Assembly: GCA_046095085.1 (NCBI GenBank)
Contig: JBJTIQ010000046.1
Location: 1 to 38,592, forward strand
DNA length: 38,592 nt
Direction of reading: 5' to 3'
Origin: Actinomycetota bacterium
GTDB lineage: Bacteria > Actinomycetota > Actinomycetes > S36-B12
Every line of letters starts with the position of its first letter. Positions within the stretch are counted from its first letter, which is position 1. Positions 17,003 through 25,853 of the stretch are shown here, one piece after another. The position numbers and the translations under genes were made by a program. Under the pieces are notes generated by a model. It had not been told where the DNA came from, searched no databases, and saw only the letters and a list, made by a program, of their open reading frames with translations.

Positions 17003-17748
17003 CCGCGACCCTCCGTGCGCAGCAGGCGAGCAGCCTCCGCGGAATCCGTCGGACCCTCGCCGTAAGACGGGCACGCCTTTGCAACCGGGCAAGCTCCGCA
17101 AGCAGGACGTCGTGCATGGCAGCAGCGCCGTCCGTGCCAGATGATGCGGTGCGACAGGTCGATCCATTCATGACGCGGAAAGAGCGCCATGAGATCGGCC
17201 TCGATGCGGTCGGGGTCGTCGTAGGTCGTCCAACCGAGTCGACGGGCCAGGCGGGCCACATGCGTGTCAACAGTGATCCCCGGGGTGGCAAATGCGTTGC
17301 CGAGCACGACGTTGGCCGTCTTGCGACCGACTCCCGGCAACGTGACCAGATCGTCGAGTCGATCGGGCACCTCCCCGCCGAAGCGATCGCACAGAGCCTG
17401 GGCAATGCCCTGGATGGAGGCTGCCTTCGCCCGGAAGAACCCCGTGGGCTGGATGAGCGCCTCCAACTCGCCGCGATCCGCCGCCGCATAGGCGGCGGCA
17501 TCGGGATAGCGGGCGAAGAGTGCTGGAGTGACCTGGTTGACGCGCTTATCAGTGCACTGGGCCGACAGCACGGTCGCGATGAGCAGCTCCAGCGGCGTGG
17601 TGAAGTCCAGCTCACAGTGCGCGTCGGGATACGCCTCTCCTAAGGCCCTTGCCACGCGGCGGGCGCTACGCACGGTAGCCGTGTCGGGCTTCGCCGCGCG
17701 CGCGACGGTCGACCGGGCGGGCACCGCACCAGGGTACGTCTCCCCCAA
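16999..17748 (-). CDS. nth: Endonuclease III
   Basis: HhH-GPD motif [16 protein letters not shown] and a C-terminal 4Fe-4S cluster [17 protein letters not shown]. The first start in the ORF is TTG at 17748, so the true start may be further downstream. Confidence 0.9.
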   Translation of the reverse strand: MGETYPGAVPARSTVARAAKPDTATVRSARRVARALGEAYPDAHCELDFTTPLELLIATVLSAQCTDKRVNQVTPALFARYPDAAAYAAADRGELEALIQPTGFFRAKAASIQGIAQALCDRFGGEVPDRLDDLVTLPGVGRKTANVVLGNAFATPGITVDTHVARLARRLGWTTYDDPDRIEADLMALFPRHEWIDLSHRIIWHGRRCCHARRPACGACPVAKACPSYGEGPTDSAEAARLLRTEGRG

Positions 17749-17827
17749 CGCGCGGGACCATGGCGATGCTGCCCTGATGCAGCGGAGGCCTCACGGATGC
17801 GACAGACTGTCCTTGGAAGGAGTTCAC

Positions 17828-18502
17828 GTGGACGACGCGCTCATGCAGGCACCGCTCTTCTCCGCCCTCGACGCCGAGGCGGCTACCGCGCTGCGCGCGT
17901 CCATGGTCGAGCTCCGCGTGGCGCGCGGAGATGCCATTTTCTCCGAGGGCGAGCCCGGCGATCGCATGTACGTGATCCTCGACGGCAAGGTCAAGCTCGG
18001 GCAGACCTCGACCGATGGACGCGAGTCCCTCCTCGCGGTGCTGGGTCCCGGAGAGGTCTTCGGCGAGCTCTCCCTCTTCGATCCCGGCCCGCGCACGGCC
18101 ACCGCCACGGCGGTGACCGACGTCGTGGTCATCGGACTGGGTCACGTCAACCTCCGCCCCTGGCTCGCGGGTCGACCCGAGGTTGCCGAGTCGCTCCTGC
18201 AGGCGCTGGCCCAGCGACTTCGCCGTACCAACGAGACCCTGGCCGACCTCGTCTTCTCAGACGTGCCCGGTCGCGTCGCCAAGTTGCTGCTCGAGCTCGC
18301 CGACAAGTTCGGCCAGCCCGGCCCAGACGGCGTCCTGGTGCACCATGACCTCACGCAGGAGGAACTCGCTCAGCTCGTCGGGGCCTCGCGCGAGACCGTC
18401 AACAAGGCGCTCGCCGACTTCACGCAGAGGGGATGGATCGTGGTCGATCAGCGCGAGGTCGTGCTCGTCGACATGGAGCGCCTGGCGCGCCGCGCCCGCT
18501 AG
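17828..18502 (+). CDS. crp: Crp/Fnr-family cAMP-responsive transcription regulator (Crp/GlxR, Rv3676-like)
   Basis: ORF 17528-18502 trimmed to GTG 17828 (GGAAGGAG upstream), giving 224 aa. cNMP-binding domain (FSEGEPGDRMYVILDGKVKL, FGELSLFD) plus C-terminal HTH (LTQEELAQLVGASRETVNKALADF). Confidence 0.9.
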   Translation: MDDALMQAPLFSALDAEAATALRASMVELRVARGDAIFSEGEPGDRMYVILDGKVKLGQTSTDGRESLLAVLGPGEVFGELSLFDPGPRTATATAVTDVVVIGLGHVNLRPWLAGRPEVAESLLQALAQRLRRTNETLADLVFSDVPGRVAKLLLELADKFGQPGPDGVLVHHDLTQEELAQLVGASRETVNKALADFTQRGWIVVDQREVVLVDMERLARRAR

Positions 18503-18504
18503 GC

Positions 18505-19305
18505 CTACCCGCCGCCCTCCAGGTAGTGAAGCTGCGCTCGCGTGGAGAGAAGTGCCGCCCACCTCACGTGATCGGGCACGTCGGCGTAGACGACGTCGAC
18601 CACCTCCTCCGCCGTCCGACGCCCCCCATCCCACGCGACCCGCACCTGCTCCAGGCGCGCATGACGATGCTCGAGATAGGCATCGATGACCGCGACCGGA
18701 TTCGCTAGCCGCGGTCCGTGACCGGGAAGCAGCACGGTGGCATTCAACAACTCGGCGTGCTCGCGCAAAGTGCGCAATGACCTCAGGTAGTCGCCGAGGT
18801 CGCCATCGGGCCACGCAACCACGGTGGTACCGCGGCCGAGCACGGTGTCACCGGTGAGGATCGCGCCATCCTCGAGCACATGGAAGCTCAGGCAGTCGGC
18901 AGTGTGCCCCGGCGTAGCGATCACCCGCACCTCGACACCGCCGACACTAACTACGGTGCCGGGCTGGAGACCCTCGCCGCCGAGGACGTGCTCGGGGTCG
19001 AGGGCGCGCACGGGCGCGCCGGTCATGTCATGCAGGGCCCGGGCGCCCTGCGCGTGGTCAGGATGCCCGTGGGTGAGCAGGATCTCGGCGATGCGACCGT
19101 CTGCGGCATCGACGAGCGCAAGCAGGTGGCCGACATCGTCGGGTCCCGGATCGATGACGACGTAGGGACCGGTGCCGACAAGCCACGTGTTGGTGCCATC
19201 GAGAGTCATCGGGCTCGGGTTGGGCGCCAGGACGCACCGGAGCCGTGCACTGACGACTCCCCCACTCCAAGGTTCATCCGACCCGATGACGGGCAGACCA
19301 CTCAC
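18505..19305 (-). CDS. MBL-fold metallo-hydrolase (Rv3677c-like)
   Basis: HxHxDH motif LLTHGHPDHAQG, later GHTADC and PGHG. GTG start overlaps the upstream stop (GTGA 19302-19305). Confidence 0.85.
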   Translation of the reverse strand: MSGLPVIGSDEPWSGGVVSARLRCVLAPNPSPMTLDGTNTWLVGTGPYVVIDPGPDDVGHLLALVDAADGRIAEILLTHGHPDHAQGARALHDMTGAPVRALDPEHVLGGEGLQPGTVVSVGGVEVRVIATPGHTADCLSFHVLEDGAILTGDTVLGRGTTVVAWPDGDLGDYLRSLRTLREHAELLNATVLLPGHGPRLANPVAVIDAYLEHRHARLEQVRVAWDGGRRTAEEVVDVVYADVPDHVRWAALLSTRAQLHYLEGGG

Positions 19306-20171
19306 GCGGCCCCCGTGCCATGCACTTCAGAGCCCGCGGGTTCGCTGTCGAGAGGCAGGACCACCGACCCGTCGCGGACATCAATGACATCCCACCGGAT
19401 GCCTCCCGATTCATCGAGCCGCGCCCGGGGCATGAGCGGGCGCACATCACGCGACGACGCCGCGGCGAGCACGCTGGGAGCATCGGCGAAGGGCAGCAGG
19501 TCCATCAGCGTGGCGGCCGTCGGGGGAAGCATCGGCAGTCGACCCTCGCCGTAGGCGACCATTGCGTCGGATGGCGTCTCCCATCGCACGTCGTCCGCCT
19601 CGCCGCTCACGTCTCGGGCCTGCTGACCGCTCGGGACGGTCGCGACGAAGAAGCGAACGTCGTAGCGCCGTGACTCGATCTCGGGGGTCACCCAATGCGC
19701 CCACAGCGGCAGGAGACCGGGGTCCAGGGCCAGGCCTCGACGGGCAAGTACATCGGGCAACGCAGCACTTGAGGCATGCACTGCTGCCCGGTCGTCCTCC
19801 CAGTGCGCATCCTCGCGAGGAAGCTCGCCGTCTGCGTCTACCGCGAGCAGCACGCCGGTTTCCTCAAACAACTCACGCACCGCACACACGATCAGGCCCC
19901 TCGCCAGCCCATCGTCGGCAGTCATGCGGGCCGAGTCGAGGGCATCACCGGTCCAGGCGATCTCGCCGACGAGATCGGCATCATCTATGCGGCCGCCGGG
20001 GAAGACATACATGCCGGCCGCGAAGGCCATCGTGGAAACCCGGCGCATCAGCAAGGTCTCGAGTGCTCCGGAGTCCCGCAGGAGGACTACCGTTGTGGCA
20101 TCTCGCAGGGGAGGGGGTTGCCACTCTCCGGCGAGAAGCGCAAGCACGCGCTCGCTCACGTGCGACGGCAT
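19302..20171 (-). CDS. NUDIX-domain hydrolase
   Basis: 289 aa. The Nudix-like box is FPGGRIDDADL...CAVRELFEETGVLL. Confidence 0.7.
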   Translation of the reverse strand: MPSHVSERVLALLAGEWQPPPLRDATTVVLLRDSGALETLLMRRVSTMAFAAGMYVFPGGRIDDADLVGEIAWTGDALDSARMTADDGLARGLIVCAVRELFEETGVLLAVDADGELPREDAHWEDDRAAVHASSAALPDVLARRGLALDPGLLPLWAHWVTPEIESRRYDVRFFVATVPSGQQARDVSGEADDVRWETPSDAMVAYGEGRLPMLPPTAATLMDLLPFADAPSVLAAASSRDVRPLMPRARLDESGGIRWDVIDVRDGSVVLPLDSEPAGSEVHGTGAA

Positions 20172-20182
20172 GCGCGGAATGC

Positions 20183-20647
20183 TCAGTCGGCCACCTCGAG
20201 GATCATTTCGACCTCGACGGGAGCGTTGAGCGGGAGCGCAGCGACCCCTACGGCTGAGCGCGCATGGCGCCCACTGTCGCCGAAGATCTCCTGGAGAAGC
20301 TCGCTCGCACCATTGATGACCCCGGGCTGGCCGGTGAACGTCGGCGCGCTGGCCACGAAGCCGACGACCTTGACGACGCGAGTGACGCGATCGAGGCTTC
20401 CGATCACGGACTGAGCGGCTGCCAGGGCATTGATGGCCGACTGCCGAGCGCAGTCCTTGGCGACATCAGCGTCGACGTCGGACCCGACCAGGCCTTCGGC
20501 GATCATCGCGCCATCACGCATGGGCAGTTGGCCCGAGGTGTAGACGTAGCGGCCGGTGACGACGGCGGGCACATAGGCGGCGACGGGGGGCACGACCTGC
20601 GGGATGGTGATGCCAAGCTCGGCAAGGCGCTGGGGCACCGACGTCAT
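20183..20647 (-). CDS. RidA/YjgF-family reactive-intermediate deaminase (Rv3678c-like)
   Basis: 154 aa. The C-terminal ARSAVGVAALPLNAPVEVEMILEV is typical of the RidA/YjgF/UK114 family. Confidence 0.85.
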   Translation of the reverse strand: MTSVPQRLAELGITIPQVVPPVAAYVPAVVTGRYVYTSGQLPMRDGAMIAEGLVGSDVDADVAKDCARQSAINALAAAQSVIGSLDRVTRVVKVVGFVASAPTFTGQPGVINGASELLQEIFGDSGRHARSAVGVAALPLNAPVEVEMILEVAD

Positions 20648-20656
20648 GTGAACTCC

Positions 20657-20812
20657 TTAGTTGAGCGGCCGCTTGAGGTAGGCCACCATGCTCTCGGGGT
20701 TGGGGCCGGGCACTACCTGCACCAGCTCCCAGCCATCCGCACCCCAGGTATCGAGGATCTGCTTGGTTGCGTGGATGAGGAGCGGAACCGTCGCGTACTC
20801 CCACGTGGTCAT
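20657..20812 (-). CDS. DUF4177-like small protein (51 aa; below the ORF-track cutoff)
   Basis: Hand translation of the minus strand gives MTTWEYATVPLLIHATKQILDTWGADGWELVQVVPGPNPESMVAYLKRPLN, then TAA at 20657-20659. It lies directly upstream of RidA, where Rv3678A sits in M. tuberculosis. Confidence 0.65.
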   Translation of the reverse strand: MTTWEYATVPLLIHATKQILDTWGADGWELVQVVPGPNPESMVAYLKRPLN

Positions 20813-20866
20813 GGGCCGACCCTAGTACGCCGGGTCGAGTGGGCCGCGACCACGTAGGCTCATGCG

Positions 20867-21856
20867 GTGCCCACGAGCGACTGGCCCGACGCGATGCTCC
20901 ACGTCGTATCCGGCAAGGGTGGCACCGGCAAGACCACCGTCGCGGCCGCTCTGGCGCTCGCGCTGGCGTCCGGTGGGCGCCGCGTGATGCTCATGGAGGT
21001 CGAAGGTCGACAGGGCCTGGCACAACTGTTCGACGTGCCACCACTGCCCTACGAGGAGCGCAAACTCGCCGTTGCACCCGGCGGCGGCGAAGTGTGGGGG
21101 CTCGCCGTCGATCCCGAGGAGGCACTCCTCGAATACCTCGAGCTCTTCTACAACCTGCGACGGGCCGGCGGAGCACTGCGACGCATGGGGGCGGTGGACT
21201 TCGTCACGACGATCTCCCCGGGACTGCGCGATGTGCTGCTGACCGGCAAGGCGGTCGAACTCGTGCGGCGCAAAGACAAGATGCATGCCAAGCCCTATGA
21301 CGCCATCGTCCTCGATGCGCCGCCGACCGGCCGGATCACTCGATTCCTCAACGTCAACACCGAGATCGCCGGTGTGGCCAAGGTTGGCCCGATCCGCAGC
21401 CAGGCCGACGGTGTCATGGCCGTGCTCAGGTCGCCGAAGACCGCAGTGCATCTGACCACTCTGCTCGAGGAGATGCCGGTGCAGGAGACGGCCGACGGCG
21501 TGCGGGAGCTGTCCGACGCGGCACTCCCCGTGGGGGGGATCGTCGTCAACATGACGCGTCCACCGCGGCTCGACGCCGGCCAGCTCGCTCTCGCGCGCAG
21601 CGGGGACCTTCCCGTCGACGAGATCCAACGTGCGGTCCTCGCGGCCGGGGTTGGCCGCGACACCGACTCCGTGGTCGCCGCACTAGCCGGTGAGGCGGCC
21701 GACCATGCCGCCCGAGTCGCCGTCGAAGACACCGAGCGTCAGCGCATCGCCGAAATCGGCCGGCCCGTCTACGAGCTTCCGTTCCTCGCATCAGGGATCG
21801 ATCTGGGGGCCCTCTACGAGTTGGGCAGCCAGCTCAAAGCACAGGGCATGGCATGA
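20867..21856 (+). CDS. ArsA/Get3-like P-loop ATPase (Rv3679-like)
   Basis: Deviant Walker [18 protein letters not shown] close to the N-terminus; DAPPTG switch region. GTG 20867 or ATG 20894 may be the start. The stop overlaps the next ATG (ATGA 21853-21856). Confidence 0.85.
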   Translation: MPTSDWPDAMLHVVSGKGGTGKTTVAAALALALASGGRRVMLMEVEGRQGLAQLFDVPPLPYEERKLAVAPGGGEVWGLAVDPEEALLEYLELFYNLRRAGGALRRMGAVDFVTTISPGLRDVLLTGKAVELVRRKDKMHAKPYDAIVLDAPPTGRITRFLNVNTEIAGVAKVGPIRSQADGVMAVLRSPKTAVHLTTLLEEMPVQETADGVRELSDAALPVGGIVVNMTRPPRLDAGQLALARSGDLPVDEIQRAVLAAGVGRDTDSVVAALAGEAADHAARVAVEDTERQRIAEIGRPVYELPFLASGIDLGALYELGSQLKAQGMA

Positions 21857-22986
21857 CCACACTCGACCTGGATCGACTCATCGACGACCCCGCCACCCGA
21901 ATCATCGTGTGTTGCGGCTCCGGCGGCGTCGGCAAGACAACCACCGCGGCAGCCATCGGGCTGCGCGCGGCCGAGCGCGGTCGCCATGTGTGCGTGCTCA
22001 CCATCGACCCCGCCCGACGACTCGCCCAGGCCATGGGCCTCACCGAGCTCGACAACACTCCTCGACCCGTGGTCGACATCAAGGCAAGCCCCGGGTCTCT
22101 CGACGCCATGATGCTCGACATGAAGCGCACATTCGACGAAGTCGTCGAGTCGCACTCAGATCCGGAGCGAGCACAGGCGATTCTCGACAACCCCTTCTAC
22201 CAGGCGCTGTCGTCGTCATTCGCAGGTACTCAGGAATACATGGCGATGGAGAAGCTCGGCCAGCTGCGTGCCCAGTCCGACTCCGAGGGCACCTGGGATC
22301 TGATCGTCGTCGACACCCCGCCGTCGCGTTCGGCGCTGGACTTCCTCGACGCGCCTGAGCGCCTGGGCACGTTCCTCGATGGCCGATTCATCCGCATCCT
22401 GCTGGCCCCGGCGCGTGGTGCTGGGCGTGGGATCGGTCGCATCATCGGCGCCGGCTTCGGTCTCTTCGCCGGAGTCCTCAACAAGATCCTCGGAGCGCAG
22501 TTGCTCAGTGACCTCGCCGCTTTCGTGGGCGCGGTCGACACGATGTTCGGTGGGTTTCGCGAGCGCGCGGAGGCGACGTACGCGCTCTTGAAGGACCGCG
22601 GAACGGCGTTCATCGTGGTCGCGGCACCCGAGCGCGATGCCCTGCGCGAGGCGTCCTACTTCGTCGAACGCCTCGAACAGGATGGAATGCCCCTCGCCGG
22701 CCTGATTCTCAACCGCGTGCAGGAGGTGCGCGCGCCGGAACTGTCGGCCGAGCAGTGCCTTGCGGCGGCCGAGCGCCTGGAGGTGGCCGGGGACTCCCCC
22801 ATCACCGTGTCGCTGCTTCGACTTCACGCCGATCGACTGCGCAACGCCGAGCGACAGCGACGACTTGCCACGCGGTTTACGTCGGCGCACCCCGGCGTGC
22901 CGGTGACAGAGGTCATCGCTTTGGCTGAGGACGTGCACGACCTCGACGGCCTGCGCGAGATCGGTGACTTGCTCGCCGCGAACTAG
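21853..22986 (+). CDS. ArsA/Get3-like P-loop ATPase (Rv3680-like)
   Basis: Walker [18 protein letters not shown] and [14 protein letters not shown]. It is translationally coupled to the preceding paralogue. Confidence 0.85.
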   Translation: MTTLDLDRLIDDPATRIIVCCGSGGVGKTTTAAAIGLRAAERGRHVCVLTIDPARRLAQAMGLTELDNTPRPVVDIKASPGSLDAMMLDMKRTFDEVVESHSDPERAQAILDNPFYQALSSSFAGTQEYMAMEKLGQLRAQSDSEGTWDLIVVDTPPSRSALDFLDAPERLGTFLDGRFIRILLAPARGAGRGIGRIIGAGFGLFAGVLNKILGAQLLSDLAAFVGAVDTMFGGFRERAEATYALLKDRGTAFIVVAAPERDALREASYFVERLEQDGMPLAGLILNRVQEVRAPELSAEQCLAAAERLEVAGDSPITVSLLRLHADRLRNAERQRRLATRFTSAHPGVPVTEVIALAEDVHDLDGLREIGDLLAAN

Positions 22987-23294
22987 CTGGCGCGGGAGAC
23001 GTCGAGGCTGATGGCGCGCTCGTATTCGTCGCGTGCCGTCTGGAGTAGGTGGCGCCACGAGGTGACCTGGGGGCGGCGGCGCAGCAGCGCCCGGCGCTCG
23101 CGCTCAGTCAGGCCGCCCCACACGCCGAACTCGACGCGGTTGTCGAGGGCGTCGGCCAGGCACTCGGTGCGGACCTGGCACCCCTGGCAGATGACCTTGG
23201 CTCGGTTTTGGGCGGCTCCTTGGACGAACAGCGCATCGGGGTCGGTGGTCCGGCAGGCTGCCCGTGCGGTCCACTCCGTCGACCAGATCGTCAT
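22983..23294 (-). CDS. WhiB-family Fe-S transcription factor
   Basis: ORF 22983-23525 trimmed to ATG 23294 (GAGGAGG upstream). Four Cys (AACRT ... [11 protein letters not shown]) and the [12 protein letters not shown] turn/basic motif. It is divergent from a class A PBP, like whiB4/ponA2 in M. tuberculosis. Confidence 0.85.
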   Translation of the reverse strand: MTIWSTEWTARAACRTTDPDALFVQGAAQNRAKVICQGCQVRTECLADALDNRVEFGVWGGLTERERRALLRRRPQVTSWRHLLQTARDEYERAISLDVSRAS

Positions 23295-23407
23295 CGGTGC
23301 CGTCCTCCTCTGTGGGGAGGTTCTCCCCGGTGACACGAGTGCCCCTGGCGCCCCAGTGGCTCCTCTAGTGCGCCCGGACGCTACGCCTACCGGAGCAGAC
23401 CGGACAG

Positions 23408-23424
23408 GCTTAGAGTAACTAAGC
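23408..23424. promoter_or_regulatory. Perfect inverted repeat GCTTAG-agtaa-CTAAGC in the AT-rich whiB/PBP divergent intergenic region
   Basis: Read directly from the sequence: 6-bp arms, 5-bp spacer. It sits in the only clearly AT-rich stretch of the window (about 23405-23452: cttagagtaactaagcagccgtagtaagaaaagactaatttc). Confidence 0.4.
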
Positions 23425-23540
23425 AGCCGTAGTAAGAAAAGACTAATTTCGGCCGGAACTGGCCCCCATCCGGACGGGCGCGCACCGCGCTTCCCGTGGC
23501 TGCCTCGCCTACCCTGGAGCAGCACCCGTGAGGAGGACCC

Positions 23541-25853
23541 GTGCCCGAACCCCGACCGTCAGGAGCCCTGGGGCCCCTGGGGGCTCTGGGACGCCTGGGC
23601 GCGTTCCTTCTCGTAGCGCTCCTCGCCGGAGCCGTGGCCGTGGCGATGGTGCTGCCGCTGGCCGCGGCCGCCGGCCTGGTGACTCGCGGCGCCGTCGAGA
23701 GCTTCGAGAGCCTGCCCTCTCAGTTGGACACACCGGAGTTGCCGGAGCGATCGGTGATCCTCGCGTCGGACGGCTCGGTGCTGGCGACCATCTACTACCA
23801 AAATCGCATTGAGATTCCGCTGGCGAGCGTCTCACCGGTCATGCGGCAGGCCATCGTCGCCATCGAAGACATCCGATTTCTCGATCATCCCGGCATCGAT
23901 CTGCGCGGCACGCTTCGCGCCGTGGTCTCCAATTCATCGGGGTCCGGGAGCATCCAGGGTGGATCGACACTCACACAGCAATATGTCAAGAACCTCTTGA
24001 TGGCGAGTGCTGACACCGAGGAAGAGCTCGAGGCTGCCCGGGAGCGCACGCCATCACGCAAGCTTCGCGAGATTCGCTACGCGCTCGCGCTCGAACGCCG
24101 CTACTCCAAGGACGAGATCCTCGAGAAGTACCTCAACATCGTCTACTTCGGCGCGGGTGCCTACGGCGTGGAGGCCGCCGCACGTCGCTACTTCTCCAAG
24201 CCGGCCAGCGAACTCAACCTGGTGGAAGCGGCGACCCTCGCCGGGATCGTCCAGCAGCCCACGGCCTACGACCCCACCCGCAACCCCGACCTGTCGCAGA
24301 CACGGCGCGACATGGTGCTCGACAAGATGGTGCAGGCCGGGTTCGTCACCCCGGTGCAGGCCAGCGCAGCCAAGACCATCGGCGTCGAGGAACTCCTCCA
24401 ACCCTCCATCCAGCCCAACGGCTGCACGTCTTCCTACGCGCCCTACTTCTGCGACTTCGTCATGCGCATGATCAAGCTGGATCCGGCCTTCGGCGAGACC
24501 CAGGTTGAGCGCGAAGCGCTGCTGCGGCGCGGTGGCCTGACGATCCGGACGACCCTCGACCCCGACCTGCAGGCATCCGCATTCGATTCGGTGACCAAAT
24601 ACATCCCGGTGAAGGACCAGAGTCAGCGTGCTGCCGCCATCACGGTGGTCGAGCCCGGCACCGGCAATGTCATCGCCATGGTGCAAAACCGCGAGTGGGG
24701 GCTAAAGGGACGGGGCAAGACCACCTACAACTACAACGTCGATGCGGAATACGGCGGCACCATCGGTATGCAGGCCGGATCGACCTTCAAGGTCTTCACG
24801 CTGGCGGAGGCGCTTGAGGCCGGCTTCTCGCCCTTCGAGACGGTCGATGCGCCCAACCCCAAGACCTTCGAGAAGTTCGTCAACTGCACCACCGGCGAGG
24901 AATTCCAGCCCGTCACCGTGCGTAACTCGGGCTCGGCCGGAGTGCTCGACATGTTTCAGGCGACGGCGTTCTCGACCAACACCTACTTCGTGACCCTGGC
25001 CGAGCGATTCGGCCTGTGCCGCCAGGCAGAAATCGCCGAAGACATGGGCGTGCGCCTCGCGACGGGTGAGCCGCTGCAGAGGGTTCCGACGTTCTCGCTC
25101 GGCACGATGGAGGTCTCGCCCCTGTCGCTGGCGGGTGCCTACGCCGCGTTGGCCAACCACGGCGTCTACTGCCGCCCCCGCGTCGTCCTAGAGATCACTG
25201 ATCGCTACGGCAGCAGCCTCGAGGTGCCCGCACCTCGGTGCAAGCAGGTCGTGACTCGCGAGGTCGCTGACACGATCACCTCGGTGCTGACGAGCGTCAT
25301 CGACGGTCCGCTGTCCGGGCGCACGGGCCAGGCCATGTCGCTGCCGGATCGCCCTGCAGCAGGCAAGACCGGTAGCACCAATGAGAACGCCGCCATCTGG
25401 TTCGCGGGCTACACGCCACAGATTGCCGCGGCCATCTGGGTCGGCGATCCACGGGGCGGGTTCGCCTACCCCATGACCGACGTCACGATCAACGGCACCT
25501 ACTACTCCTACGTCACCGGCGGCATGATTCCCGGCCCCATTTGGCGAGAGGTCATGATCGCGGCCCATCGCAACATTCCGCCGACCGCCTTCGAGCTGTT
25601 CAACTCCTGGGGGGTCGGGCCCGTGCGCGGCGTCGGACTGTCACCGGTCTACATTCCCCGCAATCCAGACCCGTCGCCGTCACCCACCGAAAGCAAGGAC
25701 CCCAAGCCGAAGCCCAGCGAGACTTCTGGACCGGGACCCTCCCCCGACCCGACTGCCCAGCCGTCGCCGTCGCCAACTTCCGAGCCGACGCCGACGCCTA
25801 CTCCGACTCCCGAACCGACTCCCGAACCGACCGCCGAGCCGACGCCCGGCTAG
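23541..25853 (+). CDS. Class A penicillin-binding protein (glycosyltransferase GT51 + transpeptidase) with Pro/Thr-rich tail
   Basis: N-terminal TM segment. GT51 motifs are EDIRFLDHPGIDLRG and GGSTLTQQYVKN. Transpeptidase motifs are STFK and KTGST. The C-terminal roughly 70 aa are P/S/T/E-rich. GTG start follows GAGGAGGA. Confidence 0.9.
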   Translation: MPEPRPSGALGPLGALGRLGAFLLVALLAGAVAVAMVLPLAAAAGLVTRGAVESFESLPSQLDTPELPERSVILASDGSVLATIYYQNRIEIPLASVSPVMRQAIVAIEDIRFLDHPGIDLRGTLRAVVSNSSGSGSIQGGSTLTQQYVKNLLMASADTEEELEAARERTPSRKLREIRYALALERRYSKDEILEKYLNIVYFGAGAYGVEAAARRYFSKPASELNLVEAATLAGIVQQPTAYDPTRNPDLSQTRRDMVLDKMVQAGFVTPVQASAAKTIGVEELLQPSIQPNGCTSSYAPYFCDFVMRMIKLDPAFGETQVEREALLRRGGLTIRTTLDPDLQASAFDSVTKYIPVKDQSQRAAAITVVEPGTGNVIAMVQNREWGLKGRGKTTYNYNVDAEYGGTIGMQAGSTFKVFTLAEALEAGFSPFETVDAPNPKTFEKFVNCTTGEEFQPVTVRNSGSAGVLDMFQATAFSTNTYFVTLAERFGLCRQAEIAEDMGVRLATGEPLQRVPTFSLGTMEVSPLSLAGAYAALANHGVYCRPRVVLEITDRYGSSLEVPAPRCKQVVTREVADTITSVLTSVIDGPLSGRTGQAMSLPDRPAAGKTGSTNENAAIWFAGYTPQIAAAIWVGDPRGGFAYPMTDVTINGTYYSYVTGGMIPGPIWREVMIAAHRNIPPTAFELFNSWGVGPVRGVGLSPVYIPRNPDPSPSPTESKDPKPKPSETSGPGPSPDPTAQPSPSPTSEPTPTPTPTPEPTPEPTAEPTPG
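25803..25850 (+). repeat. Four tandem 12-nt units (ccgactcccgaa x2, ccgaccgccgag, ccgacgcccggc) encoding PTPE PTPE PTAE PTPG at the PBP C-terminus
   Basis: Read directly from the sequence. It is in frame with the PBP and ends at the TAG stop (25851-25853). Confidence 0.8.

Noticed and set aside
17801-17811. Palindrome GACAG-A-CTGTC just upstream of the crp ribosome-binding site, considered as an autoregulatory operator.
   Set aside because: It has only 5-bp arms and no resemblance to the CRP consensus. A match this short is likely by chance in an 80-bp spacer.
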